From the NCBI GenBank assembly GCA_964016885.1, contig OZ024740.1, forward strand, positions 217,248,001 through 217,312,000: a DNA stretch of 64,000 bases, in the 5' to 3' direction. Positions 14,199-29,417 of the stretch are shown in pieces. How positions within the stretch are numbered: the stretch's first letter is position 1; the number at the start of each line of letters is the position of its first letter. This DNA is from Eledone cirrhosa. Taxonomy: Eukaryota. The notes below the pieces were generated by a model. The model was not told the origin of the DNA, searched no databases, and was given only the letters and a program-made list of their open reading frames with translations. Position numbers and translations under genes: made by a program.

Positions 14199-15485
14199 TA
14201 TATATATAAGTATATATATGTATATATATATATATATATAAGTATATATTTGTATATATATATATATAAGTATATATTTGTATATATATATATATAAGTA
14301 TATATTTGTATATATATATATAAGTATATATTTGTATATATATATATAAGTATATATTTGTATGTATATATATATAAGTATATATTTGTATATATATATA
14401 TATAAGTATATATTTGTGAGCAGGGAAAAGCGGACGTAAAATGATGATGATGATGATAAGTATATATTTGTATATATATAAGTATATATTTGTGTATATA
14501 TATATAAGTATATATTTGTATATATATATATATATAAGTATATATTTGTATATATATATATATAAATATATATTTGTATATATATATATATATAAATATA
14601 TATTTGTATATATATATATATATATATATAAGTATATATATGTATATATATATATAAGTATATATATATATATAAGTATATATATATATATATATATATA
14701 AGTATATATATATAAGTATATATATATATATATAAGTATATATATATAAGTATATATATATATATATATAAGTATATATATATAAGTATATATATATATA
14801 TATAAGTATATATATATAAGTATATATATATATATATATATAAGTATATATATATATATAAGTATATATATGTATATATATATATATATATAAGTATATA
14901 TATGTATATATATATATATAAGTATATATATATATAAGTATATATATATATATATAAGTATATATATATATATAAGTATATATATATATATATATATAAG
15001 TATATATATATATATATATATATATATAAGTATATATATATATATATATATATAAGTATATATATATATATATATAAGTATATATATATATATATATATA
15101 AGTATATATATATATAAGTATATATATATATATAAGTATATATATATAAGTATATATATATATATATATAAGTATATATATATATATATATAAGTATATA
15201 TATGTATATATATATATATATATAAGTATATATATATATATATATATATATAAGTATATATATATATATATATATAAGTATATATATATATATATATAAG
15301 TATATATATATATATAAGTATATATATATATATATATATATAAGTATATATATATATATATAAGTATATATATATATATATAAGTATATATATATATATA
15401 TATATAAGTATATATATATAAGTATATATATATATATAAGTATATATATATAAGTATATATATATATATAAGTATATATATATAA

Positions 15486-15518
<33 letters not shown>

Positions 15519-15896
15519 TATATATATATATATATATAAGTATATATATGTATATATATATATATATATATAAGTATATATATGTATATATATATATATA
15601 TAAGTATATATATATATAAGTATATATATATATATAAGTATATATATATATATAAGTATATATATATATATAAGTATATATATATATATATATAAGTATA
15701 TATATATATATATATATATAAGTATATATATATATATATATATAAGTATATATATATATATATATAAGTATATATATATATATATATATATAAGTATATA
15801 TATATATATATAAGTATATATATATATATATATATAAGTATATATATATATATATATATATATAAGTATATATATATATATAAGTATATATATATA
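14199..15896. repeat. (TA)n microsatellite with interspersed TAAG units
   Basis: Directly visible; a short SINE/RTE tail sits at ~14416-14457. Confidence 0.98.
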
Positions 15897-15937
15897 CGAT
15901 ATTAAATAAATGGAAACTATATTTATAAAACCATATT

Positions 15938-16003
15938 TATTTCATTATATATATTTCAGGGATATCATATTAAAAATATGTTATGCCTTCTTCAGACAAA
16001 ATA
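15938..16003 (-). ncRNA. Hammerhead ribozyme, type I minimal (family A)
   Basis: Reverse complement of 17337-17402. Confidence 0.8.
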
Positions 16004-17336
16004 CAATATAAACAGTCTTATAAATAGATAGATTCGACATACCTTTCAACTTCAACTTCAATTTGAAAAGTTGATTTGGTAGTGAAAAATATTAGGGACA
16101 GTTATAAAAAGAAAGAAAGAAAAACGAAGAAAAAGAAGAAATGCATGCAACTAAATAGAGAGAGATAGATATAGAGAGATAGATAGAGAGAAGAAATTCA
16201 TGTAAAGAAACAGAGAGAGATATATAGAGAGAGGAAAAAAACACAGAGGGAGATAGATAGAGAGAGAGAGAGAGAGAGAAAAGAGAGAGAGAGAGAGAAA
16301 ATATAGAGAGATAGATATAGATAGAGATAGAGAGAAAGAAAATAGGTAGTTGGGCACCAGTTGAATGACGTATCAATGATATATTTATTTATTTATTTAT
16401 TTATTTATTTAGCTCTAGTATTAATGTAGAGAGAGATATATGTGGTTAGGAGAGAAAACAGCCGTTACATAGAGAGAAAAGAAAAATATCCAGACATAAA
16501 CGAGGCAGATTTAAAACACTATGTTTCATCAATGTAAAAATATCAATTCGTATAAATCAGGCATTATAATGTAAATATCAGTATTCATGAATGAGACACG
16601 TATCAATAATGTGTGAAAAATAATGATCATATGTCTAGTTTAAAATTCCTAGGTTTATATCAGAGTTGAGATAAAATAGAAGGTTATCCCAGATTCGATA
16701 CTATAGACATCCATGTGAATTTACGTGATCAGCTCTGCAAATTCCTATTTCACACGAAAACATTCTCATTGTGCTATAAAAATTCTAGTATACATATATG
16801 TGTACATACACACAAATATATATAGAGTCTACATTAATTTTAACAATACTATTCTTGTCTTTACTCTACATGATTATCGTTCAAGCATAAATAGAGAACA
16901 GATATCAATATATCAATAAAAATATCAGAAACAAAAAAATAAAATAAATAAAAAAATAAAAAAACAAAAAAATATTAAAACTAAAAATATTAAAAATAAA
17001 AATAAAACATAGTATGCCCCGCAAATCAACCACAGAGATCAACCCTTCAAAGTTAATTGACAATATATTGCCAAGTTCGTTATAATCATCAGAATCAAAA
17101 GCATTCCTCTCTCTATATATCTCTCTCTGTTTCTTTACATGAATTTCTTCTCTCTATCTATCTCTCTATATCTATCTCTCTCTATTTAGTTGCATGCATT
17201 TCTTCTTTTTCTTCGTTTTTCTTTCTTTCTTTTTATAACTGTCCCTAATATTTTTCACTACCAAATCAACTTTTCAAATTGAAGTTGAAGTTGAAAGGTA
17301 TGTCGAATCTATCTATTTATAAGACTATTTATATTG

Positions 17337-17402
17337 TATTTTGTCTGAAGAAGGCATAACATATTTTTAATATGATATCCCTGAAATATATATAATGAAA
17401 TA
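17337..17402 (+). ncRNA. Hammerhead ribozyme, type I minimal (family A)
   Basis: TATTTTGT-CTGAAGA-AGG..CATAT..ATATG..CCT-GAAA-TATATA-TA-ATGAAATA; AUA cleavage triplet, palindromic stem III. Confidence 0.8.
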
Positions 17403-17622
17403 AATATGGTTTTATAAATATAGTTTCCATTTATTTAATATCGTAAATATACTCCAAATACTTGTTGAGTGCTTTTATATCAGTTATAAATATTTACTCG
17501 TTGTAACCCAACAATTTAAATAAAACTTTACATGTATATATATATATATAAGTATATATATGTATATATATATATATAAAAGTATATATATGTATATATA
17601 TATATATATATATATAAGTATA

Positions 17623-17672
<50 letters not shown>

Positions 17673-17706
17673 TATATATATGTATATATATATATATATA
17701 AGTATA

Positions 17707-17738
<32 letters not shown>

Positions 17739-17912
17739 AGTATATATATATATATATATATATATAAGTATATATATATATATCATCATCATCAGGTTTA
17801 GCGTCCGTGTTCCACGCTTGCATGGGTTTGGATATATATATAAGTATATATATGTATATATATATATATATAATTATATATATGTATATATATATATATA
17901 AGTATATATATG

Positions 17913-18640
17913 TAAAAACAAATAACGAAACGAAATTAAATTTCGTTTCGTTTGTAACTCACTTTTGTATGACTGACGCTTAAACAATTAAGTCAAAAAT
18001 GTACATCCACATATGTATACTGAAATACTAGTATGCATATGAATACACACACGTATACATATGTAGATGTACCGAGTTTTTCACTGGTCACTTTACCGTG
18101 AGTGTCCAGCTATTCTGTATGTAAACACACAGACAAACCGGTTTTTAGAGTCATACTGGTTTTTGAGGAAACACCTTTCCTCTATTCTCCAGAAAGCCAG
18201 ACGAGGAATATTGAACTAGTTTCGTTGTTGTTACAACTCATCAGCAATATTTACCTATCTTCCGGCCTTTCTAGAGAATCGTAAAAGTAACAACAACGAA
18301 ACTAGTTCAATATTCCTTGTCTGGCTTTCTGGAGAATAGAGGAAAGGTGTTTCCTCAAAAACCAGTATGACTCTAAAAACCGGTTTGTCTGTGTGTTTAC
18401 ATACAGAATAGCTGGACACTCACGGTAAAGTGACCAGTGAAAAACTCGGTACATCTACATATGTATACGTGTGTGTATTCATATGCATACTAGTATTTCA
18501 GTATACATATGTGGATGTACATTTTTGACTTAATTGTTTAAGCGTCAGTCATACAAAAGTGAGTTACAAACGAAACGAAATTTAATTTCGTTTCGTTATT
18601 TGTTTTTATCGTCTCCGTTGAACCGGTACGTACTCACGCT
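17913..18640. mobile_element. ORF-less fold-back element, family B
   Basis: 17913-18234 is the reverse complement of 18287-18608 (322-bp arms, 52-nt spacer); short unpaired tail to ~18640. Confidence 0.88.
18207..18251 (-). ncRNA. Hammerhead ribozyme, type I minimal (family B)
   Basis: Minus strand AATATTG-CTGATGA-GTTGT-AACA-ACAAC-GAAA-CTAG-TT-CAATATT; 7-bp stem I, GUU triplet. The right-arm copy is truncated inside stem II. Confidence 0.85.
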
Positions 18641-18992
18641 AATGGTTTTTCTAGCCTCGAGAATAATATTAATTTCGTCCTCTGTTAGGTCGGAATTGGC
18701 CTTATCAAACGATAGGGCCTTACGTAAAGTGCTTGGTGAGATGGAAGAGTAGTATTCGTCTATGTCAAATTGTATAAACTTAGATTTATTCTTATTCTTA
18801 ACATTATTAAACCAGCGAATTGCTTCGCTAGTGTTGCCCCATAATTAAGTTCGATAACTGCTACTGGGAACGTAAGGACAGACCCACAAATTTCGATATT
18901 ACCATGGGTTCCAACGACTCGGCGGAGGTCACGGATCTCGTGGGAATTTACATAGCCCACATATTACATAGTAAATTTAGTAATCTACAGGG

Positions 18993-20291
18993 GTGATATA
19001 TAGAGATGACGGGCTCTTATTAGTTAATAACTTGAATAACCAAAATCTTGAAAGGCTACGGAAAAATATTAGAAAATCTTTTAGTGAACTGGGTCTAAAA
19101 ATAACATACGAATACAATCTTAAAGTAGTAAACTTTCTGGACGTAACTCTTAATTTAAATACCGGACAGATACGACCCTTCCACAAGGTAAATGAGAACC
19201 TTACGTATATTAACTTTAACTCTAACCACCCACTCTCCATGATCAAATCAGTTCCCCGGAGTATTTCTCTTAGAATCTCTCGCCTATTGTCTAACTCTGA
19301 TATTTTTAGTGAACATGCTGAATACTACAATAATGCATTAAGGAATGCTGACCACCGGGATACAATAGAATACATCGATAGGAATTTCCACAACACACAT
19401 AGCTCTACACGTAATCAAGGTATACGTTACCGGGGGACTAAAACACAAGCACACACACACAGTACTACCAGACATACTAATAATAGAAGATCACCACCAA
19501 ATAAATCACGTTGTAGAAAGTATATCTGGTACAATCCTATTTTTAATGCCTCGATTAGTACAAAACTATCTCTTTCATTCTTTAAATTAATCAATAAACA
19601 CTTCCCTAGTTCCCATAAGTACAGCAAAATTCTGAACTCTAAAACTATTAGACTATCATACTCCACGGCACCAAACCTTGAAGCATACATAAAAAAACTT
19701 AACTTAAGGCAATTAAACAACTCTACAAAACAAAACATTTTAGTAACAGATGGGCAGAACGCAATATCTGCCTCCCAACCACTAAATGGGAGACGGGTAT
19801 TGCACAACCCACCTGTACCGCTATCACAACCTATCCATGGTATACCCGCTACCCACAACAAAGAATGTAACTGCCATCTACCTGAAAGATGTCCATTGCA
19901 GAATGAATGCCTAAAGTCCAACATTGTTTACCAATGCACGGTTGAATCGAACGACCAGAAATGGTATTATATCGGATGTACCACCACATCGTTTAAATCT
20001 CGCTGGTACCGTCATCGATTCTCAATCAAACATCCGAATCACCGTTTTGTGACCACGCTCGCCAACAAGACCTGGCAACTCCATGAACACAACCAACAGT
20101 TCACCTTAAAATGGGATATACTTTTCAGCGCAAGTGCATATCGGAGTGGATTGAAGTACTGCAGGTTATGTAACCTTGAGCTATTTTACATATTAAAATC
20201 CAAAAACAAACTACTTAACGATAGAATTGAACGATCATTATACTGCAACCACAAACTAAAAGCTAAATTCTCTCACTATAAAATAACTTAA
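18993..20291 (+). CDS. PLE RT C-terminal half plus GIY-YIG endonuclease (partial)
   Basis: IYRDDGLLLV; NFLDVTLNL; IVYQCTV..WYYIGCT..FKSRWYRH; CRLCNLE. Confidence 0.9.
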   Translation: MIYRDDGLLLVNNLNNQNLERLRKNIRKSFSELGLKITYEYNLKVVNFLDVTLNLNTGQIRPFHKVNENLTYINFNSNHPLSMIKSVPRSISLRISRLLSNSDIFSEHAEYYNNALRNADHRDTIEYIDRNFHNTHSSTRNQGIRYRGTKTQAHTHSTTRHTNNRRSPPNKSRCRKYIWYNPIFNASISTKLSLSFFKLINKHFPSSHKYSKILNSKTIRLSYSTAPNLEAYIKKLNLRQLNNSTKQNILVTDGQNAISASQPLNGRRVLHNPPVPLSQPIHGIPATHNKECNCHLPERCPLQNECLKSNIVYQCTVESNDQKWYYIGCTTTSFKSRWYRHRFSIKHPNHRFVTTLANKTWQLHEHNQQFTLKWDILFSASAYRSGLKYCRLCNLELFYILKSKNKLLNDRIERSLYCNHKLKAKFSHYKIT

Positions 20292-20786
20292 CATTCGAAC
20301 CCGTAACTATAACACCACTTTCTAACTAACAACCTTCTCTTCCCCCCACACTACAAGACAATACACTGCTTATCACTATACATGGTAACTCAGTACAATT
20401 CCTAGATTACTACTACAAAACCAAAAGTTCACTCACCACACATACTTTATCTGTCCCCTCTCTACCTATATCTCTCTCTACATCCATTACACTCTCTCTC
20501 TCTCACCTTCGACCTACCTCCCTCTCAACATCTATGAACCTGCCCTCTGGTGCAATAAATAATTCCGACCTTAACTATCAACGCATCTCTCCAAAAATAA
20601 CCAGTATAATAAAACCCCTACCATAACATTTTGATTAAGATATCTACAAGCCACTCTCTCCTACTTCTCCAACCCCTGCATATCTTTCCTTCTCTCTCCC
20701 TCTTCCCTACTTTTCTCTCTTCCTGTTCCACTCTATCTTCCCCAACAACCCCACTTAAGGGTTTTTACATTGTACATTTACCATTC

Positions 20787-20898
20787 TGCTCTGAGGAAAC
20801 AGTGGTCACAGCATTGGATATTCGAGTTCTGCAAGTACTTGTGAATTTGCACGTAGCGGAACTAGGCTGCAGTACCACCGTGGAAACAATTGTAAGCA
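20787..20898 (+). ncRNA. Hammerhead ribozyme with an 85-nt stem II domain, in PLE 3' end
   Basis: TGCT-CTGAGGA-A-ACAGTGGT...ACCACCGT-G-GAAA-CAATTG-TA-AGCA; GUA triplet, palindromic stem III. Confidence 0.7.
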
Positions 20899-21092
20899 CA
20901 CGGAATAAATTACCTTTTTATGATGTCTACCTGTTATTATTCATTCTTTATATACACTCCGGAATACTGAAGGATCAGGAACTAAGTTTCTTGAACAATT
21001 CTTCCATAACTCGTAGAGTAACCTCTTACCGTACGTCAACCATATCCAGTGTAGTAATTAACCATTACTACATCTTGGATAATCCTATACCT

Positions 21093-21483
<391 letters not shown>

Positions 21484-21609
21484 GTAGGAGGTGAGTTTTA
21501 TTGTAGTACAATAAAGCAATGCAGATATCGGATAAGAAGCACTCTACAGTTTGTGGGACTGGAGTATGCATAATATAAGATCAAAAGATGGTTAAAGGAG
21601 TTCAATATA

Positions 21610-21676
21610 TTTTATTATGCGCATTTCAAAAACAAACATCATCAAACAATAATATTTGTGTTTTCATCAGATAAAA
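21610..21676 (-). ncRNA. Hammerhead ribozyme (family C)
   Basis: Reverse complement of 21801-21867. Confidence 0.82.
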
Positions 21677-21800
21677 CAGGAGAACATGATATGAAGGCTA
21701 AAAAAACACTTGTTGATAGTGCAGTTTTAAATCAACATATGTTGATTTAAAACTGCACTATCAACAAGTGTTTTTTTAGCCTTCATATCATGTTCTCCTG

Positions 21801-21867
21801 TTTTATCTGATGAAAACACAAATATTATTGTTTGATGATGTTTGTTTTTGAAATGCGCATAATAAAA
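21801..21867 (+). ncRNA. Hammerhead ribozyme (family C)
   Basis: TTTTAT-CTGATGA-AAACA...TGTTTTT-GAAA-TGCGCA-TA-ATAAAA; AUA triplet. Confidence 0.82.
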
Positions 21868-21899
21868 TATATTGAACTCCTTTAACCATCTTTTGATCT

Positions 21900-21975
<76 letters not shown>

Positions 21976-22278
21976 TTATATATATATATATAAGTATATA
22001 TATATATATATAAGTATATATATATATATATAAGTATATATATATATATAAGTATATATATATAAGTATATATATATATATATATAAGTATATATATATA
22101 TATAAGTATATATATATATATATATATATATAAGTATATATATATATATATATAAGTATATATATATATATATAAGTATATATATATATATATATAAGTA
22201 TATATATATATATATATAAAAGTATATATATATATATAAGTATATATATATATACTTATATTTATATATATATATAAG

Positions 22279-22324
<46 letters not shown>

Positions 22325-22510
22325 TAACTATATATATATATATATATACTTATACTTATATATATATAAGTATATATATATATACTTATATATATATATA
22401 TATATATATAAGTATATATATATATATATATATAAGTATATATATATATATATATAAGTATATATATATATATATATATATATAAGTATATAAATATATA
22501 TATATATATA

Positions 22511-23898
22511 GAATCAAAAGGCCTTAAAATTAACCTGGCTAAGACTAAAGTTCTAGTTTGTAGGAAAGAAAATAAGGCGGCAGTCCCATCTGGGAAATGG
22601 CCATGCTCAGTGTGTAGGAAAGGCGTAGGTAGAAACTCCATTTTATGTCCCAAATGCAAAGTATGGGTGCATAAAAGATGTAGTGGGATCACAGGTAAGC
22701 TAACTAAGAACATAGATTTTACATGTGGCCGGTGCTCTGGTGCAATAAGTAGCAGCAAGTGCCCACAAAATACTAGCTCCTTCAACTGCGCAGAGGGTTC
22801 TATAGAAATAGTGGACAGCTTCCGTTACCTGGGTGACAAAATCAGCAGTGGGGGAGGGTGCTCTGAAAGTACAGTAGCTAGAGTCAGAACTGGATGGAAA
22901 AAGTTCAGAGAGCTTATACCACTATTAGCCGCTAGAGGGTTCTCCCTAAAAATGAAAGGCAGGTTATACGATGCCTGCATACGAACAGCAATGCTGCATG
23001 GCAGTGAGACCTGGGCATTGTGTGCAGAGGATATACGCAGACTAGAGAGGAACGAAGCTTGCATGCTCCGCTGGATGTGCAATAGAAATATACGTGAACG
23101 GCAAAGCATAAACGAACTAAGGAAAAAATTAGAAATAAGAGGGATCAGATGTTGTTTACTCGAGAGAAGGCTACGTTGGTACGGTCACGTGATGCGCATG
23201 AAAGACGACAGTTGTATAACAAAGTGCAGGGCAATAAAGATAGACGGTAGCCACGGAGTAGGCAGACCCAGAAAAACATGGGACGAGCTGATAAATTCCG
23301 ACCTCACACGCTTACACCTCTCCAAGACAATGTCACTGGACCGAGACCTTTGGCGGTACTCAGTAATAGAGAAGACCCGCCTTACCTAAATACAAAGTAA
23401 AAACCTCCTACAGTCAGTAGGCATCTCTATCAAAACACCCCCCCGTCCCACCACCTCCACCCCATCCACACCGCCCCTTTCAATGTACAGTTATGTTGGT
23501 CCCACAACATCCAGGCCGAAACAAATGAGATCGTGTAGGTGTCACGACAAAAAACACACAGTCCACGCTGTAAATGTGGCCGTGTAGGCAACACGGTAAA
23601 AACTTCCCAGCCCCACACTGTAAATGTGGTTGGTGTTAGGAAGGGCATCCAGCTGTAGAAAACCCGCCAGACAGTCCACGCTGTAATGTGGCCGTGTAGG
23701 CAACACGGTAAAAACCTCCCAGCCCCACACTGTAAATGTGGTTGGTGTTAGGAAGGGCATCCAACTGTAGAAAACCCGCCAGACAGTCCTATGCGAGCAA
23801 GACAACCACTCTTGCCTCAAGTGGGAAAACCCCCGTCCAAACCCATGCAAGCGTGGAACACGGACGCTAAACCTGATGATGATGATGATGATGATGAT
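22511..23898 (+). mobile_element. 5'-truncated RTE LINE
   Basis: ORF 22610-23389 nearly identical to the C-terminus of 25149-27542; ~113-bp tandem duplication in the 3' UTR (23558 and 23671); (GAT)n tail. Confidence 0.95.
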
Positions 23899-25068
<1,170 letters not shown>

Positions 25069-27898
25069 GTGACAATCACCTGATCACCTATAGATCCGGG
25101 GAACACACAAGCCAGGTAGATTATATCCTTACCAGAAGACGTGACAGAGTGTCTGTTGTAAACACTAAATCCCTCCCCCATGAAGAATGCACCTCCCAAC
25201 ATAGACTGATAATTAGCGACCTCATAGTCAGGACGAGACGTACTCGACAGCAGAAGAGGACTATCCTCAGGAGGAAAATATGGAAACTAAAGGACCCCAC
25301 AGCCAGAAATAAATTTCAAAGCATATTACTTGATGCTTTCGACAGTAAGGAAGAGCATCTAGAATCGGACAATATAGAGGGACAGTGGGAATTTCTGAAA
25401 GCAAACCTGCTGTTGGCGACAGACGAAGTCTGTGGCTGGAGCAGGCCTGTAGGCAGGAGGAGAGTAACATGGTGGTGGAACAGTAGGGTGGAGGGGTCAA
25501 TTAAGGCCAAAAAGCAGGCTTGGAAAGTATGGCGGGATGGGGGAAGTAGAGTAGACTATCAAGTGGCCAGGAGGGAAGCTAGGAGAGAAGTGTACTTAGC
25601 AAGAAGGGAAGCTGAGGAAAGAAAGTTCAAGCATGTTCTACAACGCGATGACCAAAAACGTGAGGTGTTCAGGATTGCCAGGCAATGCGTCAAGGAAAAC
25701 CGTGATATTGTCGGGGAGAAGTGTGTACTTAACGATGATGGCATACTTGCCATCACCGACACTGATAAGAAGGTAGCTTGGAAGTGTCACTATGAAAGGC
25801 TACTAAATGAGGAGAATAAATGGGAGAAAGACAGTCTCCCCCATATCGACCCGATAGAGGGACCAGCAGTGTTAGTCGAGGGGAGTATAATAAGTAAGGC
25901 AATCAAGGATATGAAGACGGGTAAGGCGGCTGGGCCTTCGGAAATAGTTGCTGAGATGCTGAAGGCATCTGGCACGGTGGGACACACCATGGTCACCCGC
26001 ATAGTTAACCAAGTCGTACAGAATGGGGTTGTTCCGAAGGACTGGCATAGCAGCATCATCGTTAACTGTTATAAGGGTAAAGGAGACGCCCTAGATAGGA
26101 GTAACTATAGAGGCATTAAATTAATCGACCAGGTCATGAAGGTCACGGAAAAAGTAATAGCGCAACTAATCAGAGAGAGAATTGACCTAGATGAAATGCA
26201 GTTCGGGTTTGTGTCAGGCAAAAGCACCACAGACGCTCTTTTCATAGTACGACAACTACAGGAGAAGTACCTAGCTAAAGGTAAACCCCTCTACTTAGCT
26301 TTTGTCGACCTGGAGAAAGCCTTCGACAGAGTCCCCCGCTCCATTATCTGGTGGGCTCTTAGAAAACTAGGCGTTGACGAATGGCTTGTGAGGGCTATAC
26401 AAGCCATGTATAAAGAAACAGTCAGCAAGGTTAGAATTAACAACGAATATAGTGAAGAGTTTAGCGTAAACGTTGGCGTCCATCAGGGCTCTGTTCTCAG
26501 CCCCCTACTATTTATTATTGCCCTTCAGGCTATAACAGAGGAGTTCAAGACAGGCTGCCCATGGCAACTCCTATACGCAGACGACTTGACACTCATAGCG
26601 GAATCAATGGCCGAGCTAGAGAAGAAATTCCAAACATGGAAGCACGGCCTAGAGTCAAAAGGACTTAAAATTAACCTGGCTAAGACCAAAGTTCTAGTTT
26701 GTAGGAAAGAAAACAAGGCGGCGGTCCCTTCTGGGAAATGGTCGTGCTCGGTGTGTAGGAAAGGCGTAGGTAGAAACTCCATTTTATGTCCTAAAGGCAA
26801 AGTATGGGTGCATAAAAGATGTAGTGGGATCACAGGTAAGCTAATTAAGAACATAGATTTTACATGTGGCCGGTGTTCTGGTGCAATAAGTAGCAGCAAG
26901 TGCCCACCAAATACTAGCTCTTTCAATTGCGCAGAGAGTTCTATAGAAATAGTGGACAGCTTCCGTTACCTGGGCGATAAAATCAGCAGTGGGGGAGGGT
27001 GCTCTGAAAGTACTGTAGCTAGAGTCAGAACTGGTTGGAAAAAGTTCAGAGAGCTTATACCACTATTAGCTGCTAAAGGGTTCTCCCTAAAAATGAAAGG
27101 CAGGTTGTACGATGCCTGCATACGAACAGCAATGTTGCATGGTAGTGAGACCTGGGCATTGTGTGCAGAGGATATACGCAGACTAGAGAGGAACGAAGCT
27201 TGCATGCTCCGCTGGATGTGTAACAGTAATATACGTGAACGGCAAAGCATAAACGAACTAAGGAAAAAATTAGAGATAAGAGGGATCAGATGTTGTTTAC
27301 TCGAGAGAAGGCTGCGTTGGTATGGACACGTGATGCGCATGAAAGTCGATAGCTGTATAACAAAGTGCAGGGCAATAAAGATAGACGGTAGCCATGGAAT
27401 AGGCAGACCTAGAAAAACATGGGATGAGCTGATAAACTCCGACCTCACACACTTACACCTCTCCAAGACAATGTCACTGGACCGAGACCTTTGGCGGTAC
27501 TCAGTAACAGAGAAGACCCGCCTTGCCAGTAGGCATCTCTAACAAAATACACCCCGTCCCGCCACCACCCCCACCCCATCCACACCACCCCGTTCTATTG
27601 TAAAGTTATGTTGGTGCCGCGCCATCCAGGCCGAAACAAATGAGATCGTGTAGGTGTCACGACAAAAAAACACACAGTCAACGCTGTAATGTGGCCGTGT
27701 AGGCAACACGGTAAAAACCTCCCAGACCCACACTGTAAATGTGGTTGGTGTTAGGAAGGGCATCCAACTGTAGAAAACCTGCCAGACAGTCCTATGCGAG
27801 CAAGACAATCACTCTTGCCTCAAGTGGGACTACCCCCGTCCAAACCCATGCAAGCGTGGAACACGGACGTTAAACGTTGATGATGATGATGATGATGA
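25069..27898 (+). mobile_element. RTE-clade LINE, truncated within the endonuclease domain
   Basis: End of APE domain (QVDYIL, SQHRLII), full RT, (GAT)n tail at 27878-27898. Confidence 0.95.
25149..27542 (+). CDS. RTE reverse transcriptase with an internal PHD-like Cys/His finger
   Basis: [48 protein letters not shown]; finger CSVC..C-x2-(G for C)..H-x2-C..CGRC. Confidence 0.93.
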   Translation: MSVVNTKSLPHEECTSQHRLIISDLIVRTRRTRQQKRTILRRKIWKLKDPTARNKFQSILLDAFDSKEEHLESDNIEGQWEFLKANLLLATDEVCGWSRPVGRRRVTWWWNSRVEGSIKAKKQAWKVWRDGGSRVDYQVARREARREVYLARREAEERKFKHVLQRDDQKREVFRIARQCVKENRDIVGEKCVLNDDGILAITDTDKKVAWKCHYERLLNEENKWEKDSLPHIDPIEGPAVLVEGSIISKAIKDMKTGKAAGPSEIVAEMLKASGTVGHTMVTRIVNQVVQNGVVPKDWHSSIIVNCYKGKGDALDRSNYRGIKLIDQVMKVTEKVIAQLIRERIDLDEMQFGFVSGKSTTDALFIVRQLQEKYLAKGKPLYLAFVDLEKAFDRVPRSIIWWALRKLGVDEWLVRAIQAMYKETVSKVRINNEYSEEFSVNVGVHQGSVLSPLLFIIALQAITEEFKTGCPWQLLYADDLTLIAESMAELEKKFQTWKHGLESKGLKINLAKTKVLVCRKENKAAVPSGKWSCSVCRKGVGRNSILCPKGKVWVHKRCSGITGKLIKNIDFTCGRCSGAISSSKCPPNTSSFNCAESSIEIVDSFRYLGDKISSGGGCSESTVARVRTGWKKFRELIPLLAAKGFSLKMKGRLYDACIRTAMLHGSETWALCAEDIRRLERNEACMLRWMCNSNIRERQSINELRKKLEIRGIRCCLLERRLRWYGHVMRMKVDSCITKCRAIKIDGSHGIGRPRKTWDELINSDLTHLHLSKTMSLDRDLWRYSVTEKTRLASRHL

Positions 27899-27922
27899 AG
27901 TATATATATATATATATATACT

Positions 27923-27996
<74 letters not shown>

Positions 27997-28035
27997 TATA
28001 TATATATATATAAGTTTATATATATATATATATAT

Positions 28036-28232
28036 ATCTATCTATCTAAGGCGGGTAAAATTCCCGAGATCCATGGACGAGTTCTCTCCAGCGGTCTCTG
28101 TCCCTCATTATCGCTGCCATATCCTGCATCTCCAACAGACCAGTGTCTGTCCTTAGGGCATCAACATATGTTAACCTTGGTCTTCCTCTTCTAGTGTGTC
28201 CATGTAGGGGCTCCCAAAGGAGCACTGAATGC
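28036..28232 (-). mobile_element. 3' fragment of a second RTE-like LINE family
   Basis: [22 protein letters not shown]...MRDRDRWR is a typical RTE C-terminus; short (TAGA)n tail. Confidence 0.75.
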
Positions 28233-28308
28233 ATATATATATATATATATACTTATATATATATATATATATATATAAGTATATATATATATATATATAT
28301 ATATATAA

Positions 28309-28361
<53 letters not shown>

Positions 28362-28720
28362 TATATATATATAAGTATATATATATATATATACTTATAT
28401 ATATATATATATATATATATATAAGCATATATATATATATATAAGTATATATATATATATATATATACTTATATATATATATATATATATATATAAGTAT
28501 ATATATATACTTATATATATATATATATACTTATATATATATATATACTTATATATATATATATACTTATATACAGTATTTTCCGTGGTCTTGTAATATA
28601 AATATTACACACAGTAGATGGACAGCTCACGTAGAGTTTGCTCGACGGTTCCAGTTGTAGTTCCAAAAGCAATCCGGAGAAAAATAGAAGGATTTAAATG
28701 GATACAGTTTAGTTAAAAGG

Positions 28721-28845
28721 AATTTATTGACACGTGTTTCAATAACAGTTACATGACCTGAAACAGCTGCTATCTACAAAGTATTAGTTATGTAGACATT
28801 CAATATTTCAATGTTATTATCAACTGTCATTTCATCAGAATAATT
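28721..28845 (-). ncRNA. Hammerhead ribozyme with long stem II (3' pLTR)
   Basis: Minus strand AATTATT-CTGATGA-AATGACAGTT...AACTGTTATT-GAAA-CACGTG-TC-AATAAATT; GUC triplet. Confidence 0.82.
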
Positions 28846-29376
28846 TTACTGAGGACCTGTTTGGTTTTCATAGAGAATATTAGGAGGGAGGGGTGAAGTT
28901 GTTAGAAGAATAGTTGAGGGAGTGGTTTTTTGATAGCAGTGAGAACTTTTGGTGGCAGTGAGTAATTAGATTCCCATCTGTTGTTTTGACATTTTTATAG
29001 AATATATTATTGGTTATTTTTCTAAATCTATAGAAGGATTATAGATAGTATAGATATGCATGGTTGGTTTTGTGTTTGCACTTAATTAACATTCAGACTT
29101 ACATTTTTGTTTCAAGTGTACGTATCCTTTCGCCCACGCATTCACACACAAACATATATGCACACCTCTACAAAATACATATACTCACATACACATACTT
29201 ACATGCTCATACTTACATACATATACACATGCACATATATATATATACATATATATATACATATATACATGCACATACATACGCATTCATGTGTATACAT
29301 TTTCATACTCAACTTATCTTTATATACACACGTATAGACACACACATATATACATACATACTCCAGTCTATGTGTA

Positions 29377-29417
<41 letters not shown>

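Larger units (their letters stand above)
15895..17533. mobile_element. ORF-less inverted pLTR pair (fold-back PLE 3' ends), family A
   Basis: 15895-16236 is the reverse complement of 17104-17445; unpaired tail 17446-17533; flanked by (TA)n. Confidence 0.88.
18641..21092 (+). mobile_element. Penelope-like element (Naiad type) with an inverted 5' segment
   Basis: ORF 18993-20291 carries YRDD, IWYNP, the Cys cluster and VY..YIG; MGSNDSAEVTDLVG lies upstream across a frameshift; 18641-18845 encodes the preceding RT part on the minus strand. Confidence 0.92.
21484..21907. mobile_element. ORF-less perfect palindrome, family C
   Basis: 21570-21907 is a loop-less palindrome (169-bp arms, centre CAACAT|ATGTTG); unpaired tail 21484-21569. 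Confidence 0.92.
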
